Shown one piece after another: positions 61,245 to 64,000 of a stretch of 64,000 nt of DNA. Numbering within the stretch: the stretch's first letter is position 1; the number at the start of each line of letters is the position of its first letter. Source of the DNA: Candidatus Latescibacterota bacterium (GTDB taxonomy: Bacteria; Latescibacterota; UBA2968); the NCBI GenBank assembly GCA_038279365.1, contig JAYODI010000008.1:1-64000 (forward strand), given 5' to 3'. Both the position numbers and the translations under genes were made by a program. The notes beneath the pieces were generated by a model. The model ran no database searches, was not told where the DNA came from, and saw only the letters and a program-made list of their open reading frames with translations.

Positions 61245-61913
61245 ATGAATGCACTCATTGTCGTTGTTAAAAACCCAGTGCCCGGGCACGTCAAAACACG
61301 CTTACAAAGCCGTTACACACCCGTACAGGCCGCACAAATTTACACCGCATTTGTTCACGACACCTTAGACATAGTTCGCACACTTACCATCGACAAACGC
61401 ATCATTGCCTACGATCCTCCCCATGCAGAAAGTGCCGTGCGCAATATCTGTGGCAACAATTTTGAATACGTTCCCCAAGTCCAAACAGATCTCGGACAAC
61501 GGATGTATCAGGCTCTCCTGCAACAACTGCAAAGCGGTGCCAAACGCGCCCTCCTTATTGGCACCGATATACCCTCCTTACCTGCCACACATATCACCCA
61601 AGCCTTTGACTTGCTCAAAACAAAAGATGTCGTAATTGGTCCCAGCACCGACGGGGGGTATTATCTCATCGGCATCTCCCGCCCTTGCCCAGAAATATTC
61701 GAAAACATCACCTGGAGTACGCCAACAGTTTTATCCGAAACAATAGATTCTTTACGTCTACAAAATTACTCCCTTGGTCTTGTTCCGCCGTGGTTCGATG
61801 TTGATACCCCCGAAGAATTAGATGTGCTCACAGCCTACGCAAACGCGCAAAAATACGCCACAAATCACCCCATGTTGCCCCATACAATTGCATGTTTGTC
61901 TGCCTTGACTTAA
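61245..61913 (+). CDS. TIGR04282/DUF2064 family CofC-like transferase
   Basis: KNPVPGHVKTRL, DLGQRM, IGTDIP, GPSTDGGYYLIG, WST and DVDT. Confidence 0.85.
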   Translation: MNALIVVVKNPVPGHVKTRLQSRYTPVQAAQIYTAFVHDTLDIVRTLTIDKRIIAYDPPHAESAVRNICGNNFEYVPQVQTDLGQRMYQALLQQLQSGAKRALLIGTDIPSLPATHITQAFDLLKTKDVVIGPSTDGGYYLIGISRPCPEIFENITWSTPTVLSETIDSLRLQNYSLGLVPPWFDVDTPEELDVLTAYANAQKYATNHPMLPHTIACLSALT

Positions 61914-61978
61914 GCGTTTGACATCGCTATCTTGGTGCGAATCTTCCAAACATCATTTTGCACTTTCAGGAGTCAATC

Positions 61979-62959
61979 ATGCACCGAAGCCCATTCTTAA
62001 ACTTCCTATTTATCCCCCTCTTTCTTCTCTCCATTGCCAGCACAACCCATGCACAGCCCAAATATAAATTTGCCTTTGTCACTCACGGTGGCCCAGGAAA
62101 CCCCTTTTGGAATGTGGTGATCAAAGGCATGGAAGATGCGGGCAAACGCTACAATGTTGATGTGCAGTGGCTGAGCAACCCCACCTTCTCCATATCAGAT
62201 ATGCCAAACTTTCTCGATGATGCCATTGCCAACCAAGTCAATGGCATTGGCATCACCTGCCCAGACCCCGAAGCCATTCGGGAAAGCATTAATCGGGCCC
62301 ATCAAAAAAATATTCCCATTATCGTACTCAACACCGCAGATGCCAATGCGGGCACCACCAATGCCTTGCCCACCGAATTTTATATAGGTGCCAGCGAATA
62401 TCTCGGTGGTCAATCCAATGCCAAAGCTTTACTAAATGAAGCCAAAAAACGAGGCATTAAAATTACGGGAGCCGTATGTCCCATTCAAGAATTGGGGCAC
62501 AGTGGTCTTGAAGCTCGTTTTGCAGGTTTTGAAAGCATTCTCAAACCGCAAGGGATCTCTGTAGATGGTCTCACCATATCCAACAACGTTGAACAATCTT
62601 CGGGGTTGCTCAAAGATTACTTTTTGGGGCACCCACAAACCAATGCCATTGCCACACTCGGTCCATTACCTGCCGATGCATTTTATCTTTTTGTAGAAGA
62701 AGAAGGCAAAGCACCTGGCGAAATATTGCATGCCACACACGACACCAGCCCAGCCATATTCGATCACATACGTTCAGGATATACCGTGCAGGCCGTAGAC
62801 CAACAACCCTATCTACAAGGTTACCTCACGGTTGCATTTTTATATCTCCACAACGAATTTGGCCTCACCCTCGCCCAAGACGTACTCACCGGCCCATTTG
62901 CAATCAACGCCCAAAATGTAAATCGCATAGCAGAACTTATGAAAGCTGGATATCGGTAG
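61979..62959 (+). CDS. Sugar (polyol/inositol-type) ABC transporter substrate-binding protein
   Basis: Signal peptide, VTHG..PFWNVV and AVDQQPYLQGYL. Confidence 0.88.
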   Translation: MHRSPFLNFLFIPLFLLSIASTTHAQPKYKFAFVTHGGPGNPFWNVVIKGMEDAGKRYNVDVQWLSNPTFSISDMPNFLDDAIANQVNGIGITCPDPEAIRESINRAHQKNIPIIVLNTADANAGTTNALPTEFYIGASEYLGGQSNAKALLNEAKKRGIKITGAVCPIQELGHSGLEARFAGFESILKPQGISVDGLTISNNVEQSSGLLKDYFLGHPQTNAIATLGPLPADAFYLFVEEEGKAPGEILHATHDTSPAIFDHIRSGYTVQAVDQQPYLQGYLTVAFLYLHNEFGLTLAQDVLTGPFAINAQNVNRIAELMKAGYR

Positions 62960-62969
62960 GAGACTTTTG

Positions 62970-64000
62970 TTGACCAACGTGTTTACCTCATTTCGTAGCC
63001 ATTTTTCAAAAACACCCGAAGCAGGTGCAGCAGCCGGTTTTCTGGCCGTATTTCTCTTTTTTGCATTGGCAACCCCCACCACCTTTCTTTCCAACAGCTC
63101 CTTCTCCTCCATATTAAACAGCCAAGCCGTTCCAGGTATTGTTGCCATAGGCATTACCCTGCTCATGATCTCTGGTGAATTCGATCTATCTGTGGGTTCC
63201 ATTTTGGGCGTTGCATCACTTGTTTTTCTTTATGCCACGGTGAATGGCCTACACATCGTTCTGGCAGGTTTCCTTGGCTTGCTCACTGGAGGTTTGTTGG
63301 GGCTCATCAATGGCCTCTTATTCACTTACACAGGTATTCCCTCCTTTATCGTCACCTTGGGCACCATGCTCGTCTACAGGGCCATTTCCCTTTCTGCCAA
63401 TTCGGGTGGGCGTATCATTCGCTACTCTGAGTTTTCCCGAGATGCGCCTACCATTTCCCCACCCACCTGGTGCATCATCCTAATCGTTGGCTCTCTGATA
63501 GGGTTCTTTGCTTGGATATTAAAAGACATCTATGCGGCTTATCAAATAAATCGACAAAAACGTATTCTCTCACTGGTCACCTTTTATGGCATCATCCTTC
63601 TTTTGTTGATTTATGCACTCTTTGGCACCTTAAAAACAGGGCCCATTTCTATTGACATCTTTCAACTTCTCAACGGCAATTTAGAATTTGTTCCTGGAAA
63701 TTACCGAACAAGTATTTTATGGTGGCTCTTGCTCACAGTTTTGTTCACCCTCATTTTAACCCGCACCCGTTTTGGAAATGCCATATTTGCCACAGGTGGC
63801 AACCCCCAAGCGGCTCGGTTACAAGGCATCAACATTGATCGGGTGCGCATTACAAATTTTGTGATCTCAGGTTCTTTGGCTGCGGTTGCTGGCATCATTC
63901 AAACCGCTCGATTAAAAAGTGTCGATCCCCTGCGCGGTACAGGCTTAGAGCTTGAAGTCATTGCCGCAGTTGTTATTGGTGGTACCTTGCTTACAGGCGG
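62970..64000 (+). CDS. Sugar ABC transporter permease (RbsC/BPD_transp_2), runs off the window end
   Basis: Missing from the ORF track because there is no stop in the window. Manual translation is open from a TTG after AGGAG: GEFDLSVGS, IPSFIVTLG, TRFGNAIFATGGNPQAARLQGI and LEVIAAVVIGG. Confidence 0.9.
   Translation, partial: MTNVFTSFRSHFSKTPEAGAAAGFLAVFLFFALATPTTFLSNSSFSSILNSQAVPGIVAIGITLLMISGEFDLSVGSILGVASLVFLYATVNGLHIVLAGFLGLLTGGLLGLINGLLFTYTGIPSFIVTLGTMLVYRAISLSANSGGRIIRYSEFSRDAPTISPPTWCIILIVGSLIGFFAWILKDIYAAYQINRQKRILSLVTFYGIILLLLIYALFGTLKTGPISIDIFQLLNGNLEFVPGNYRTSILWWLLLTVLFTLILTRTRFGNAIFATGGNPQAARLQGINIDRVRITNFVISGSLAAVAGIIQTARLKSVDPLRGTGLELEVIAAVVIGGTLLTG

Noticed and set aside
1..64000. 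CRISPR arrays, IS elements, prophage or defence genes
   Set aside because: No regularly spaced repeats or such coding motifs were seen. The PglZ domain is in a PorX regulator, not a BREX locus.

Overview
Core-genome window of a bacterium that looks FCB-related but is probably not Bacteroidota. This is an inference from the PorX-type regulator next to tsaE, a long-form IspG, DUF4321-tatA-gatA and standard sigma70 promoters with SD sites. It holds about 49 protein-coding genes. Housekeeping genes include aspC, murQ, tsaE, rpsU, mutS2, ispG, dnaG, HU, sucAB-lpdA, ilvN-leuACD-cimA, argJ, accA, comEC, truA, pssA, tatA and gatAB, with a catabolic/accessory block in the first 10 kb. There is one tRNA (CAT anticodon, probably Ile2). 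No transposase, integrase, phage gene or CRISPR array was seen. The most notable signals beyond routine annotation are: (i) a 200-nt 6S-like RNA at the end of a ~550-nt non-coding transcription unit; (ii) an apparent leader-peptide/terminator attenuator in front of an ABC-F ATPase; (iii) an atypical ClpX paralogue placed head-to-head with the ribosome quality control factor RqcH, with MutS2 nearby; (iv) a histidine kinase-PorX(PglZ)-TsaE-YjbH-like unit behind a sigma54-like motif; (v) a sigma54 motif before comEC, an acidic-tailed HU, a candidate sRNA and a P-loop kinase gene remnant. All calls come from reading motifs by eye; no searches were run.
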